Shown here one piece after another: positions 20,383-30,675 of a stretch of 64,000 nt of DNA; position 1 is the stretch's first letter, and every line of letters begins with the position of its first letter. The DNA lies in contig OZ250165.1 of the NCBI GenBank assembly GCA_965238005.1, positions 1,536,001-1,600,000 on the forward strand, given 5' to 3'. This stretch comes from Longimicrobiales bacterium (lineage in GTDB: Bacteria > Gemmatimonadota > Gemmatimonadetes > Longimicrobiales > Gaopeijiaceae). The translations under genes and the position numbers were made by a program. Below the pieces are notes generated by a model. It made no database searches. It was not told the DNA's origin and worked only from the letters and a program-made list of their open reading frames with translations.

Positions 20383-21668
20383 GTCGCCCTCTTCTGATAC
20401 GAGGCGGCCGGGTGCTAGACCCCAGCCAGGACCTGGATGCCAGGAGAGATGTCCTCGTCGTTGACGGGCTGGTCGCCGGCGTGGGCGAGGGGCTCGACGC
20501 TCCGGAGGGGGCGCAGGAGATCGACGCGTCGGGTCTGCTCGTCGCTCCCGGCCTCATCGACGTCCACGTCCACTTCCGGGAGCCCGGAGGGGAGCACAAG
20601 GAGACCATCGCCACGGGAGCGAGGACCGCGGCCGCCGGTGGATTCACCGCCGTGTGCGCCATGCCCAACACCGATCCTGTGGTCGACGACCCGGCCGGCG
20701 TCGGTTTCGTTCTGGCCCAGGGAGCCGCTGCCCAAGCGGCCAGGGTCTATCCTGTCGGCGCCATCTCGCAGGGCCAAGAGGGCCGGCAGCTAGCGGCCAT
20801 CGGAGAGATGGTGGAGGCCGGAGCCGTCGGCATCACCGACGATGGGAATCCGGTCATGAACTCCGGGCTCATGCGGCGGGCCATGGAATACGCCCAGGCG
20901 TTCGACGTGCCCGTGGCGGACCATCCGGAGGATTTGGGACTCTCGGGGCAGGGGGTCATGAACGAGGGCCTGGTATCGACCAGGCTGGGCCTGAGAGGCA
21001 AGCCCAACGCCTCCGAGGACGTCCACATCGTCCGTGACCTGTTGCTGGCCGAGCTCACGGGAGGCCGTATCCATCTCCAACACGTGTCCACGGCCTACGG
21101 CGTGGAGGCGATCCGGCAGGCCAAGGCGCGAGGCGTGAGCGTCACGGCCGAGGCGTCGCCTCACCACCTCGTTCTCACGGACGAGGCGGTGGAGGGCTAC
21201 GACACCGATGCGAAGATGAATCCCCCCCTCCGCCCGGCCGTCGATCGCGAGGCAGTCCGCCAGGGGCTGGCCGACGGGACCCTTTGCGTCCTGGCCACCG
21301 ACCACGCGCCTCATCATTATGACGAGAAGGAGCAGGCCTTCGACGATGCCCCCAACGGCATCGTCGGTCTCGAGACGTCCCTTGGACTGGCTCTCACCCA
21401 CGTGGTGGGCGAGGACGTCATCGACCTGCCCACGCTGGTCGACCGCATGAGCTGTGGCCCGGCGCGGGCCTTCGGCCTCCCGGGAGGCTCTCTGTCCGAC
21501 GGCTCGGTCGGCGATGTCACCATCATCGACCTGGAAGAGGCGTGGACGGTGGATCGGGCGGCCTTCTTGTCGAGGAGTCGAAACACGCCATTCCACGGTT
21601 GGGAGCTCACCGGGCGCGCCCGGATCACGATCGTAGGGGGAGAGGTCGTCTGGCAGTCGAACGGCTAG
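20379..21668 (+). CDS. pyrC: Dihydroorotase
   Basis: [28 protein letters not shown]. Confidence 0.96.
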   Translation: MSRPLLIRGGRVLDPSQDLDARRDVLVVDGLVAGVGEGLDAPEGAQEIDASGLLVAPGLIDVHVHFREPGGEHKETIATGARTAAAGGFTAVCAMPNTDPVVDDPAGVGFVLAQGAAAQAARVYPVGAISQGQEGRQLAAIGEMVEAGAVGITDDGNPVMNSGLMRRAMEYAQAFDVPVADHPEDLGLSGQGVMNEGLVSTRLGLRGKPNASEDVHIVRDLLLAELTGGRIHLQHVSTAYGVEAIRQAKARGVSVTAEASPHHLVLTDEAVEGYDTDAKMNPPLRPAVDREAVRQGLADGTLCVLATDHAPHHYDEKEQAFDDAPNGIVGLETSLGLALTHVVGEDVIDLPTLVDRMSCGPARAFGLPGGSLSDGSVGDVTIIDLEEAWTVDRAAFLSRSRNTPFHGWELTGRARITIVGGEVVWQSNG

Positions 21669-21675
21669 AGAAGCC

Positions 21676-22617
21676 CTACAGCGGGATCCGAAGCCCCTCT
21701 CGCGCTACCTCGAATCCTCTTCGCTGAATCTCCCGTTCCTGGGGACCGCGACGGTCCAGCGCCGGGTTCGTGTTGTTCAGGTGGATGAAGACGACCCGAC
21801 TCCGGCTCCCGGCCACGTCCTCCAGGAGGTCCATGCTGTGGGGGATGAGGGGGTGGGGAATGTCTTCTATGTTTCGGCCCGGCACCTCGTCGCCCGAATA
21901 GAAGCTCCCGTCGATGAGGGCGACATCCACCTCGGCTACGACGTCCACCACAGGCCGGTCCCACTCCTCCCAGGAATCGATGTCCGGCACGTATAGGATC
22001 GTCCGCCGAGGCCCACGGAACATGTACCCCACGGTGTCCGAGAACTCCGGGCGATGGGGCACGGGCACCATCCGGACGTCGATGAGCCCGTCCACGTTGG
22101 TCCAACGGTCCATGGGAATACGGGGGAACTCGAGCCGGCCCTCGTCTACCAGCAGGCTCCACGGGGCGTTCTCGGTGAGGAGGCGCTCCATGGCGGGCGA
22201 GCAGTAGCAGGGTGTGGGCTGGATGCCCAGGCCCTCCCGGCCCAGAAGGGCGAGGCCCAGGTAGTGCCCCATGTGACCGTGCGTCAGGAAGATGCCGTCG
22301 AACGGGTCACGTCGGGTCGCCCGCTCACGAAAGGCAGGCTCCTCGATGAGATCCATCTGTGGAATGAGGTTCGGCGAGGCATCCACCAGATAGAAGCGCT
22401 CCGCCGCGGGGAAGACGAGGGCGAGGGAGGCTACGTAGCGAGGTGGCTCCGAACGGGCCCGATCGCACCGCTCGCTATAGCACCCCGCCTGCGGCAGCCC
22501 GCCGTCCTGAACCACACCCAGGACGAGCACATAGGGCTCCGCTTGCCGAAAGAGGTGACGCGGCGCACCGGCCGCGAGGAGCGCAGAGCCCAGAAACGCC
22601 CGGCGTGACAGCGTCAC
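21676..22617 (-). CDS. PqqB-like metallo-beta-lactamase-fold protein with a Tat signal
   Basis: SRRAFLG; VLGVVQDGGLPQAGC, FLTHGHMGHY, FIHLNNTNP. Confidence 0.85.
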   Translation of the reverse strand: MTLSRRAFLGSALLAAGAPRHLFRQAEPYVLVLGVVQDGGLPQAGCYSERCDRARSEPPRYVASLALVFPAAERFYLVDASPNLIPQMDLIEEPAFRERATRRDPFDGIFLTHGHMGHYLGLALLGREGLGIQPTPCYCSPAMERLLTENAPWSLLVDEGRLEFPRIPMDRWTNVDGLIDVRMVPVPHRPEFSDTVGYMFRGPRRTILYVPDIDSWEEWDRPVVDVVAEVDVALIDGSFYSGDEVPGRNIEDIPHPLIPHSMDLLEDVAGSRSRVVFIHLNNTNPALDRRGPQEREIQRRGFEVAREGLRIPL

Positions 22618-22777
22618 GGATGGATCGATCTACGAAGCCGGGTCGTAGACCCGCTCCATCGTGAAGTTCTTCATCGGTCACCTCCCTGCAGAACAGCTTC
22701 TCGACGGAGGGATCGTACTCTGCAGACTAACCGCCCATGCCCCCGCCGCAAGTGGTCGGGGGGTGCGTCATGGGCAC

Positions 22778-22810
22778 AAAAAAACCCGGTCGGCGTGAGC
22801 CGACCGAGCC
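22778..22810 (-). terminator. Rho-independent terminator of rpsT
   Basis: CGGTCGGC/GCCGACCG stem followed by T7 on the minus strand. Confidence 0.8.
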
Positions 22811-22842
22811 CCGGTGCGGTGCGGACCGGTAGGCGGGACGAC

Positions 22843-23097
22843 CTAGGCCATCCCGTTTACTTTGCGTGCCAGGTTGCTCTTCATGCGCGCCACCGTATTC
22901 GGATGCATCAGCCGGCTGGTGGCGGCGCGGTCGAGAAGCACCTGGACGCGCTTGTATGCGGCTTGGGCGCTGGTGGCGTCTTCGGCCTGCTGGACTCGCT
23001 TGACAGCCGTCCGCAGCCGTGACCGCTCGGCCCGGTTACGCTCGTTGGCGGCGCGGCTCAAGCGCATCCGCTTCTTGGCACTCTTGATGTTCGGCAT
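22843..23097 (-). CDS. rpsT: 30S ribosomal protein S20
   Basis: MPNIKSAKKR...HPNTVARMKS. Confidence 0.97.
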   Translation of the reverse strand: MPNIKSAKKRMRLSRAANERNRAERSRLRTAVKRVQQAEDATSAQAAYKRVQVLLDRAATSRLMHPNTVARMKSNLARKVNGMA

Positions 23098-23228
23098 TCA
23101 GATCCCTAAACCTTAGCGCTGCCTTCCAAATCAGCGTGAAATTATATCCCAAAGGGCAAGGCCGATCAAGAACCGGTCGGTACGCGCTGGAGGTAGCCCC
23201 CGCAGGGCATCCCGGGTACCTTCCGGCA

Positions 23229-23882
23229 ATGGATCTTCTGTCCCTTCTTCCCGCGCTCATCTTCTCGATCGTGGTGCACGAGGTGGCGCACGCGTGGGTG
23301 GCTCTCAGGGAGGGCGACGACACCGCCCAGCAGCTCGGACGGATCACCCTCAATCCCGTCTCCCACATGGATCTGACGGGGTCGTTCCTCGTCCCGGTCG
23401 CCCTGTACTTCATGGCGAACGGCCTGATCTTCGGGTGGGCGAAACCTGTGCCGATCGATCCCCGCAAGTTCAGAAACTACAGGAGTGGTGACATCAAAGT
23501 TTCGCTCGCCGGGATCGTTTCGAACCTGCTTCTGGCCGTGGTCTTCACCTTGTTGGTGCTGGCCATGGTGAAGCTCCAGATGGTGGCCGGCGGGGGGGAG
23601 GTTGTCCTGGGATTCCTGATCCGCTTGGCCCGGTTCGGGATCTTCATCAACCTCATTCTGGCCGTCTTCAACCTCATCCCGATTCCCCCCCTCGATGGGT
23701 CACACGTGATGTACCACCTGCTGCCACGGCGGTGGGGAGCGGCGTATCGTCAGGCAGGCCGTTACGGAATGCTCGTCCTCATGGGGCTCGTGTTTTTCTA
23801 TCCCCCGTTCTTCAGCTTCATACTCTGGCCCGTCCTGGCCCTCATGGGATTGGCCGATGCCTTCATCGATCTGTGGATCTGA
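23229..23882 (+). CDS. Site-2 protease (M50)
   Basis: HEVAH and NLIPIPPLDG. Confidence 0.93.
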   Translation: MDLLSLLPALIFSIVVHEVAHAWVALREGDDTAQQLGRITLNPVSHMDLTGSFLVPVALYFMANGLIFGWAKPVPIDPRKFRNYRSGDIKVSLAGIVSNLLLAVVFTLLVLAMVKLQMVAGGGEVVLGFLIRLARFGIFINLILAVFNLIPIPPLDGSHVMYHLLPRRWGAAYRQAGRYGMLVLMGLVFFYPPFFSFILWPVLALMGLADAFIDLWI

Positions 23883-24712
23883 CGCCCACCGCCAGTCCTC
23901 TCGCCCGAGAGGATTTCCTGGTCATCGATATCGAGCGGTTCCAGGGGCCCCTGGATCTGCTGCTTCATCTGATCCGGCAGCAGGACATCGACGTCTTCGA
24001 GATCCCCATCGCCCTGATCACACGCCAGTTCCTCACCGCTGTCCAGGGGATCGAAGCCAAAGACCTCGACAATGCCGCCGAGTTTCTGGATATGGCGGCC
24101 GGCCTCATCAGAATCAAGGCGCAGATGCTCCTGCCGAGGCACGGCGACGGAGAGGAAGAGGATCCAAGGGCGGAGCTCGTGCGCCGTCTCCTGGAGTACG
24201 AGCAGATCCGTGACATCAGCCAGCGGATAGCCAGCTCCGAAGCGGAGCGCGCCCGGCGGTTCGGGAAGGGCTTCTTGGAGCCACGCGTTCGCCCACCCTT
24301 GGAGGAGACCCCACTGGAGACCACCTGGGGGGACGTGTTCCTGGCAGCCCTCGAGGTGACGCCTCCCGAGCCCAGGATCCGGGCGCATCTCGTCGCCACC
24401 CGGCCTGTTGCCATGGAAGACAAGATGAACTTGATTCTCAGCACGCTCGATCGTGTGCGTCGGATCGAGTTCAGCAGGCTCGTCAAGCCATTCAAGAATC
24501 GTATCCACGGCGTGATGACGTTTCTCGCCGGGCTCGAGCTTACCCGGAGGCGGCGCGTGAAGCTTCGGCAGGTGAAGCCGTTCGCGGAGTTGTGGGTCTA
24601 TCGCGGCGTGGGAGCCACGGAAGAAACGGATGAGGACACCGAGGCTCGACGAGAAGATGGCTCCGAAGCCCTTGCTCCAGAGGGCCATGAAGGACAAGGA
24701 GAAGTGCCGTGA
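23873..24712 (+). CDS. scpA: Segregation/condensation protein A
   Basis: FQGPLDLLLHLI, DPRAELVRRLLEY, TFLAGLEL. Confidence 0.93.
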   Translation: MDLTPTASPLAREDFLVIDIERFQGPLDLLLHLIRQQDIDVFEIPIALITRQFLTAVQGIEAKDLDNAAEFLDMAAGLIRIKAQMLLPRHGDGEEEDPRAELVRRLLEYEQIRDISQRIASSEAERARRFGKGFLEPRVRPPLEETPLETTWGDVFLAALEVTPPEPRIRAHLVATRPVAMEDKMNLILSTLDRVRRIEFSRLVKPFKNRIHGVMTFLAGLELTRRRRVKLRQVKPFAELWVYRGVGATEETDEDTEARREDGSEALAPEGHEGQGEVP

Positions 24713-25458
24713 ACCCGGCTCAGGTCGTCGAAGCCGTCCTCTTTGCCTCCGATGCACCGCTTAGGACGGAGGAGATCGCCCGGGCAGACGAGGCCCTGAA
24801 CGAGGATCTGATCGAGGACGCCATCGGGGAGCTCAACGCCGCATACTCCGAGTCGGAGCGGGCCTTCGAGATCCGCGAGCTCGGGGAAGGATACCAGCTC
24901 CTGACCCGGCCCGAGTTCGCTCCCTACCTCGAGCGCTTCGACACCGTCCCGCGACCCTCCCGGCTGTCCGGCCCGGCGCTCGAGACCCTGGCCATCATCG
25001 CCTATCGCCAGCCCATCGGCCGCGTCGAGGTCGAATACATTCGGGGAGTCAGCTCGGCGGGGGTGATCCGCACGCTGATGGACCGTGCGCTGGTGGATGT
25101 GGTGGCTCGGGGCGAGGGCCTCGGCCGACCCCTCCTGTACGGCACGACTCAGCGCTTTCTCGAACACTTCGGCTTCCGCTCGCTGGATGACCTCCCCCGT
25201 CCAGAGGAGCTGCCCGTGATCCTCCGGGATCGCCCGCCCCTGGAGGATTCGCCCGGTGAGGAGATCGAGGCCCCGGAGGAGGCCCTGGGTGACATGCCGG
25301 AGTTGGGGGTCGAGGACATCCTTGCCAGCGAGGCCCCCCCGTCGGTGGCGGACGCCGGCGAAGATCTGGAGAGTGCCGAGGGGTCCCGGGCTCGCGGGAA
25401 CGGGGCGGCCGGAGACCCGATGCTTATCGAGGACCTCGAGGATACCGACTCCGACTGA
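24709..25458 (+). CDS. scpB: Segregation/condensation protein B
   Basis: LETLAIIAYRQP, IRGV, GRPLLYGTT. Confidence 0.95.
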   Translation: MNPAQVVEAVLFASDAPLRTEEIARADEALNEDLIEDAIGELNAAYSESERAFEIRELGEGYQLLTRPEFAPYLERFDTVPRPSRLSGPALETLAIIAYRQPIGRVEVEYIRGVSSAGVIRTLMDRALVDVVARGEGLGRPLLYGTTQRFLEHFGFRSLDDLPRPEELPVILRDRPPLEDSPGEEIEAPEEALGDMPELGVEDILASEAPPSVADAGEDLESAEGSRARGNGAAGDPMLIEDLEDTDSD

Positions 25459-25471
25459 GAACCGCGGTCCC

Positions 25472-26203
25472 ATGCGGATCCAGAAGTTCCTGTCGCGGGC
25501 CGGCGTAGCCTCGCGACGAAAGGCCGAGAACCTCGTCGAGGAGGGCCGGGTTAGGATCAACGGGGTCGTCACTACCGAGCTCGGCACGAAGGTCGATCCC
25601 GACCGCGACACCGTAGAGGTGGATGGCGAGTCAGTCTCGCTACCGCCATGCCGTTGGATCCGCTTCCACAAGCCTGTCGGGGTGCTCACCACCGTGGAAG
25701 ACACTCACGTCAGGGCCACGATCTACGACCGGTTACCCGACGAGTATGGCGCCCTGCGGTATGTCGGCCGCCTCGACATGGAGACCGAGGGGTTGCTGTT
25801 GCTCACCAACGACGGGGACCTGGCGAACCGGCTGCAACATCCACGCACTCAGGTGGAGCGAGAGTACGAAGTGCGGGTAAAAGGTATGCCGACCGAGAAG
25901 GTCATCGAACGTCTTCGGCGGGGTGTGGAGCTCGACGACGGCTGGGCTCGCCCCACCCGTGTCGATCCGGGGCGGCCGGAAGAGGGCTGTGGGACGCTGA
26001 GGTTGGTGCTCACCGAAGGCCGCAAGCGTGAGGTGAGGAGGCTCTTGGAGGCCGTCGGTCACCCTGTGGTGGCCTTGAGACGGGTTCGGTTCGGTCCCAT
26101 TCGCCTGGGCTACCTGCCCGCGGGCGAGTGGGAGGAGCTGGACGACGAAGACATTCAGGCCCTCGAGCGATGCGTCGAGGACCGTGACCCGAATAGAGTG
26201 TGA
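25472..26203 (+). CDS. rluB: rRNA pseudouridine synthase, RluB/RsuA family
   Basis: S4 domain, VGRLDMETEGLLLLTNDG, EGRKREVRR; follows scpAB. Confidence 0.85.
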   Translation: MRIQKFLSRAGVASRRKAENLVEEGRVRINGVVTTELGTKVDPDRDTVEVDGESVSLPPCRWIRFHKPVGVLTTVEDTHVRATIYDRLPDEYGALRYVGRLDMETEGLLLLTNDGDLANRLQHPRTQVEREYEVRVKGMPTEKVIERLRRGVELDDGWARPTRVDPGRPEEGCGTLRLVLTEGRKREVRRLLEAVGHPVVALRRVRFGPIRLGYLPAGEWEELDDEDIQALERCVEDRDPNRV

Positions 26204-26230
26204 TATCGAACTTCGGAAACTGAACACTAG

Positions 26231-27884
26231 ATGGAACTGAAGGATCGAACAGTGCTCGTCTTGGGAGGCGCGGGCCTCGTGGGCTTCGCGGTTGTGCGCC
26301 AGATGGCCGAGCATGCTCCGAGGAAGCTCGTCCTCACCTCCCTTCGCAGAAACGACGCGGAGGCGGCGGCCCGCGAGCTGGAAGGCCATCCGGGTGCGGC
26401 GAACACCGAGATCGAAGCGGAGTGGGGCGACCTATTCGTCCAGGACGACGTCTGTGAGCGACCCCGGGAGGAGATCCTTGGAGATCGGGAGGCCCGCGGC
26501 CGCATGGTGGACGACCTCTACGGCCCCCTCACCCAGGAGGTTCTCGAGCGCTCGGCCCTGGGCAGCTTGCTAGCCCGGGTGCGCCCGGACGTCATCGTGG
26601 ACTGTGTGAACACGGCGGGTGCCTTGGCCTACCAGGACGCTTTCGTCTCTGCTGCGGAGTTGCGTTCCAAAGCGGATGATGGTGCGGTGGACGGCGAGGC
26701 CGTGGAGCGTCACCTCTTGACCCTGTACCTGCCGCAGCTCACGCGGCACGTACAGATCGCCCTCGAGGGGATGAGGCAGGCGGGGACCGGGATCTATGTG
26801 AAGGTGGGGACCGTGGGCACCGGGGGTATGGGCCTCAACATTCCGTTCACCCACTCCGAGGAGCGACCCTCGCGAGTGCTCCTCGCGAAGTCGGGATTGG
26901 CGGGTGCTCACACGCTCCTCCTCTACCTCATGGCCCGGACGCCCGGTGCCACGGCCGTGAAGGAGGTCAAGCCGACCGCGGCCGTATCCTGGAGGTCGAT
27001 CTGCTTCGGTCCCATCACGAAAGGTGGGTGTCCGCTTCAACTCTCGGACTCGACGGGCCCCCTCCCGGTGGCCGAGGCCTTCGCCGATGGAGCCGGAGGG
27101 TTCAAGAGGCTGGATGAGCCTCTGGCAGGCGTCTACATCGACGGGGGAGAACGGGCTCTTCTCGCTTCCCGAGCTCGAGGCCCTCACCTCCCTCGGGCTC
27201 ATGGAGTTCGTGACACCTGAGGAGATCGCCGAGAACGTTCTCCGCGAGATCCAGGGACACCCCACGGGCCGGGACGTGGTGTCGGCCCTCGCCGCCGCCA
27301 CCATGGGGCCGACGTATCGAGCGGGTGTCCTGCGCAGCGAGGCCCTCGGGGCCATGGAGCGTCTCGAGGCGGAGCACGGCATCGAGTCGGTGGCCTACGA
27401 GATGTTGGGCCCACCGCGGCTGTCCAAGCTGCTCTTCGAGGCGGCGATCCTCGAGCGGCTCTACGTCGTCATGGCCGCCGCCGCCGAGCTGGATCCGGAC
27501 GCCGCCGCCCGGCGGAGCCAGGAGCTCATCGAGGCAGACGCCGATCTGCGCAAACGCATCCTGACGATCGGACTGCCTATTCTGCTGCCCGACGGGGACT
27601 CTGTCCTGCGGGGTGCCATGGTGAAGGTGCTGCCCGAGCCCCACCTGAGCCCCACCGACGACAGGATCGTGACGGCGGGTTGGGTGGACCTCCGGTCCAG
27701 CAACTGGAGCGTGTGGCGGGATCGCATCAGGGGGGTCGCCGTCGAGATTCAGGACCGTCCGGGAGTTCTGGAGGGGTCTCAGGGCGATCAGGAGTTCGGC
27801 GACGCCGAAGGACAGATTCGCCCGGGACGCATGGCGGCGTGGATCTTCCGGTACGAGGACAAGGGCGAGCGCATCAAACGTTAG
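26231..27884 (+). pseudogene. Uncharacterised Rossmann-fold (SDR-like) protein, frameshifted near 27143
   Basis: VLVLGGAGLVG N-terminus; reading continues in another frame as GENGLFS...YEMLGPPRLSKLL. Confidence 0.7.
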
Positions 27885-27899
27885 CGTCCCCGGGGATTC

Positions 27900-28024
27900 T
27901 AGTGTGGTGTCCCAGAAGTTCGCGAGCCGAGCGACCTTCATGCTCGTCGTCAGCGCCGAGTCGACCGCGAGACGATCGAGCGCAGCGAGATCAATGGCCG
28001 AGGCACTTCTGGGACACCACACTA
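27900..28024. mobile_element. 125-bp MITE-like element, copy A
   Basis: Perfect 20-bp TIR TAGTGTGGTGTCCCAGAAGT; 119/125 identical to 52451-52575. Confidence 0.9.
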
Positions 28025-28681
28025 CAGGTCGACCCCGCTCGGCCACCCCTCGGACCCTACCAGGGGGACGAACGAGCAGTTCAGGAGGCGCTCGGTGACG
28101 TACTCGTTCCCCGTTCGCGTGTAGCGGATCAGGGACTGCTGGCGCCGCGGTCCCACCGGGATGACCAGTCGACCGCCGTCCTCGTTCACCTGGCTCTTGA
28201 GAGCGGGTGGGACCGACGGAGCGCCGGCAGTGACGATGATGGCGTCGAAGGGTACCTCTTCGGGCCAACCCAAGGACCCGTCCCCCACCCAAAACCGCAC
28301 GTTCGAGACGCCCAGGGCCGCGAGGCGCTCCTCCGCCGCGGCCTGGAGGTCGCGAAGGCGCTCGATGGTGAAGACTTCTGCGGCGATGGCGCTGAGCACG
28401 GCGGACTGATATCCGCTGCCCGTTCCCACCTCCAGGACCCGGTCCTCCGGCCCCAGCCGCAGCGCCTCGGTCATGGCGGCGACCATGTAGGGCTGGCTCA
28501 CCGTCTGGCCGTGGCCCAGGGGCACTGCACGATCCCGATAGGCCCAGGACTGACGATCCTCGGGGAGAAAGTCCTCCCGAGGCACCCATGCCATGGCCTC
28601 CAGGACGCGGGTGTCGACGATGCCGCGGGCCACGAGCTGGCTCTCGACCATGGCCATCCGTTCCCTTGTCATGTCGGGCAC
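28022..28681 (-). CDS. pcm: Protein-L-isoaspartate O-methyltransferase
   Basis: GQTVSQPYMVA, VLEVGTGSGYQ, PFDAIIVTAG, FVPLVG. Confidence 0.96.
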   Translation of the reverse strand: MPDMTRERMAMVESQLVARGIVDTRVLEAMAWVPREDFLPEDRQSWAYRDRAVPLGHGQTVSQPYMVAAMTEALRLGPEDRVLEVGTGSGYQSAVLSAIAAEVFTIERLRDLQAAAEERLAALGVSNVRFWVGDGSLGWPEEVPFDAIIVTAGAPSVPPALKSQVNEDGGRLVIPVGPRRQQSLIRYTRTGNEYVTERLLNCSFVPLVGSEGWPSGVDL

Positions 28682-28840
28682 CGGCAGTCTCCTGGAAGAC
28701 CGGCCCGGCGAGTCGGCCGGTGAGACGTCCTGGGTGTTCCTGCCTCCTACTCTAGCGGGAACCTAACGGTCTTTCACGGTCGAGGGGTGGCAGGTAACGT
28801 GGAGGCTCGATCCGCACGGACCCCGACCGGGCAGGAGCCC

Positions 28841-29479
28841 ATGACCGAGTTTCCCACCCTGACCGTTCTCGAGCATCCGCTCATTCACCACAAGCTCTCA
28901 CTCTTGAGGGACAAGACCACTCCGAAGAAGCGGTTCAAGGAGCTGGTGGACGAGATTGCCATGCTCATGGCGTACGATGCCACCCGGGGGCTGGAGACGG
29001 AGGAGGTGGAGATCGAGACGCCCCTGGAGACCACGACCTGTCAGCGCATCCGGGGCAAGAAACTGGTGCTGGTTCCGATCCTCCGCGCAGGCCTCGGGAT
29101 GGTGGAGGGCATTCTGAGGCTGATTCCCAGTGCCCGGGTCGGCCACGTGGGGCTCTACCGGGACGAAGACACCCTCGAGCCGATGGAGTACTACTTCAAG
29201 GTCCCGCCCGAGGGTGAAGTCCGGCACTTCATCCTGTTGGACCCCATGTTGGCCACAGGTGGATCGGCCTCGGCGGCGGTCGACGCCCTCAAGAAGCGGG
29301 GCGCGGCGGGCATACGCTTCATGTGTATTGTTGCTGCCCCCGAGGGTGTCCGCCGATTCGCCGCGGATCATCCGGACGTTCCCATCTTCGCCGCCGCGTT
29401 GGACCGCGAGCTCAACGAGATCGGCTACATCGTCCCAGGGTTGGGAGACGCCGGCGACCGTCTCTTCGGAACGAAGTGA
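28841..29479 (+). CDS. upp: Uracil phosphoribosyltransferase
   Basis: [38 protein letters not shown]. Confidence 0.97.
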   Translation: MTEFPTLTVLEHPLIHHKLSLLRDKTTPKKRFKELVDEIAMLMAYDATRGLETEEVEIETPLETTTCQRIRGKKLVLVPILRAGLGMVEGILRLIPSARVGHVGLYRDEDTLEPMEYYFKVPPEGEVRHFILLDPMLATGGSASAAVDALKKRGAAGIRFMCIVAAPEGVRRFAADHPDVPIFAAALDRELNEIGYIVPGLGDAGDRLFGTK

Positions 29480-29550
29480 CTTCGGCTCCGGTGGTCGCCG
29501 TCGCGCACTTGGATCGAGAGTGGGCGTGCGATTACCTTGGTCGTGAGTAC

Positions 29551-29624
<74 letters not shown>

Positions 29625-29739
29625 CTTGTGGACGGCCACGTAGTACCTCACACGTCGAGGTGTTACGTGGCGTTTTGTTCTTGGCATACGGAAGCGGGAA
29701 CTGTCAGAACAGTAACAGAAAGCCTCTGTGTCCGAATGC

Positions 29740-29940
29740 CCAGGAGGCGCTGAAGTGCAGGCGTGAGATCTCCCTCGAGGACATCGCACTCTGTCGGCAG
29801 CTGATGGTGTGCGAGCGACAGGCCGGGAGCCAAAACTTCAACACAGAGGGGGCGGATGGGTTTTCGCGGACCACGGCGGTTATGTGCCAGGCACGACGGC
29901 CACGCTTTTCCACGATCAGGCGAACCGTCGTTCTGGCGAT
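29740..29940 (+). pseudogene. Possible decayed transposase (integrase-core type) N-terminal remnant
   Basis: CRREISLEDIALCRQLMVCERQ resembles the recalled RRELALENLALRQQL.V..R N-terminus; not searched. Confidence 0.4.
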
Positions 29941-30079
29941 CGGCCCGACGGTCGGCTCGATCGTCAGCCGCCGGCGTCAGGCATACCCTTGGTCTTGCCG
30001 GTTCCTCCCGGGCCATCGTTGCCTTCTACGAGGCCGCCCGGCCCACCGTCACCTCCATTGGTGACCGGGAGAAAACTGA

Positions 30080-30186
30080 CGGGACGTTCAACGACGAGCG
30101 GCGGAGACTCTACGAGATCGCGCTGGACGTGCAGAAGACGGTGATCTCCAGAATCCGGCCCGGCGTGACCTGGCGCGAGCTTCACA
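30080..30186 (+). pseudogene. Internal fragment of an Xaa-Pro aminopeptidase (M24)
   Basis: DGTFNDERRRLYEIALDVQKTVISRIRPGVTWRELH. Confidence 0.65.
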
Positions 30187-30323
30187 GGGTGAGGGGCGGG
30201 TCCACGCGGAGCTTGCGCGTGGATCGGCCTTCCGCTTGACTCCTTGTACGCTTGCTTGCACGTCCCGCCACGCCCGTACACTTTGGGCCGTTCCCTTTCA
30301 AGCTGTGTGATGGAGAGGTCATC

Positions 30324-30659
30324 ATGAGAGGTCGCGCTGGTCTTGGGGCGTTGCTCGTTCTGCTGGTCGCCGGTCCTTTGCAGGCCCAGGAGCCGCTCTT
30401 TACGGACGCTTTCCCTACGGAGGAGTTCTCCGCTCGCCGGGGCCGGGTCCTGGATCTGATCGGCGACGCCGTGGTAGTCATGCAGGGTGCCACGGAGTAC
30501 CCGGGCTACATCAAGTTCCGTCAGACCGGGTATGAGAATCTCTCCGGGTTCGTGCCTGTCGAGATTGATGACATCGAGCGACTGATGGCGGAGGAGGGCT
30601 GGGCGGAGAGGCTTTGGAAAAGGCGTCAAACTACCACATCGGACGAATCCGGCCGATGA
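30324..30659 (+). pseudogene. Xaa-Pro aminopeptidase with its N- and C-termini fused by an internal deletion
   Basis: Signal peptide and EEFSARRGRV...KFRQ joined directly to TGYENLSGFVPVEIDDIERLM. Confidence 0.65.
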
Positions 30660-30675
30660 CCGGAGAGGCTTTCTG

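Noticed and set aside
27900..28024. CRISPR repeat interpretation of the palindromic repeats
   Set aside because: Copies are dispersed inverted-repeat elements, with no repeat-spacer array and no cas genes
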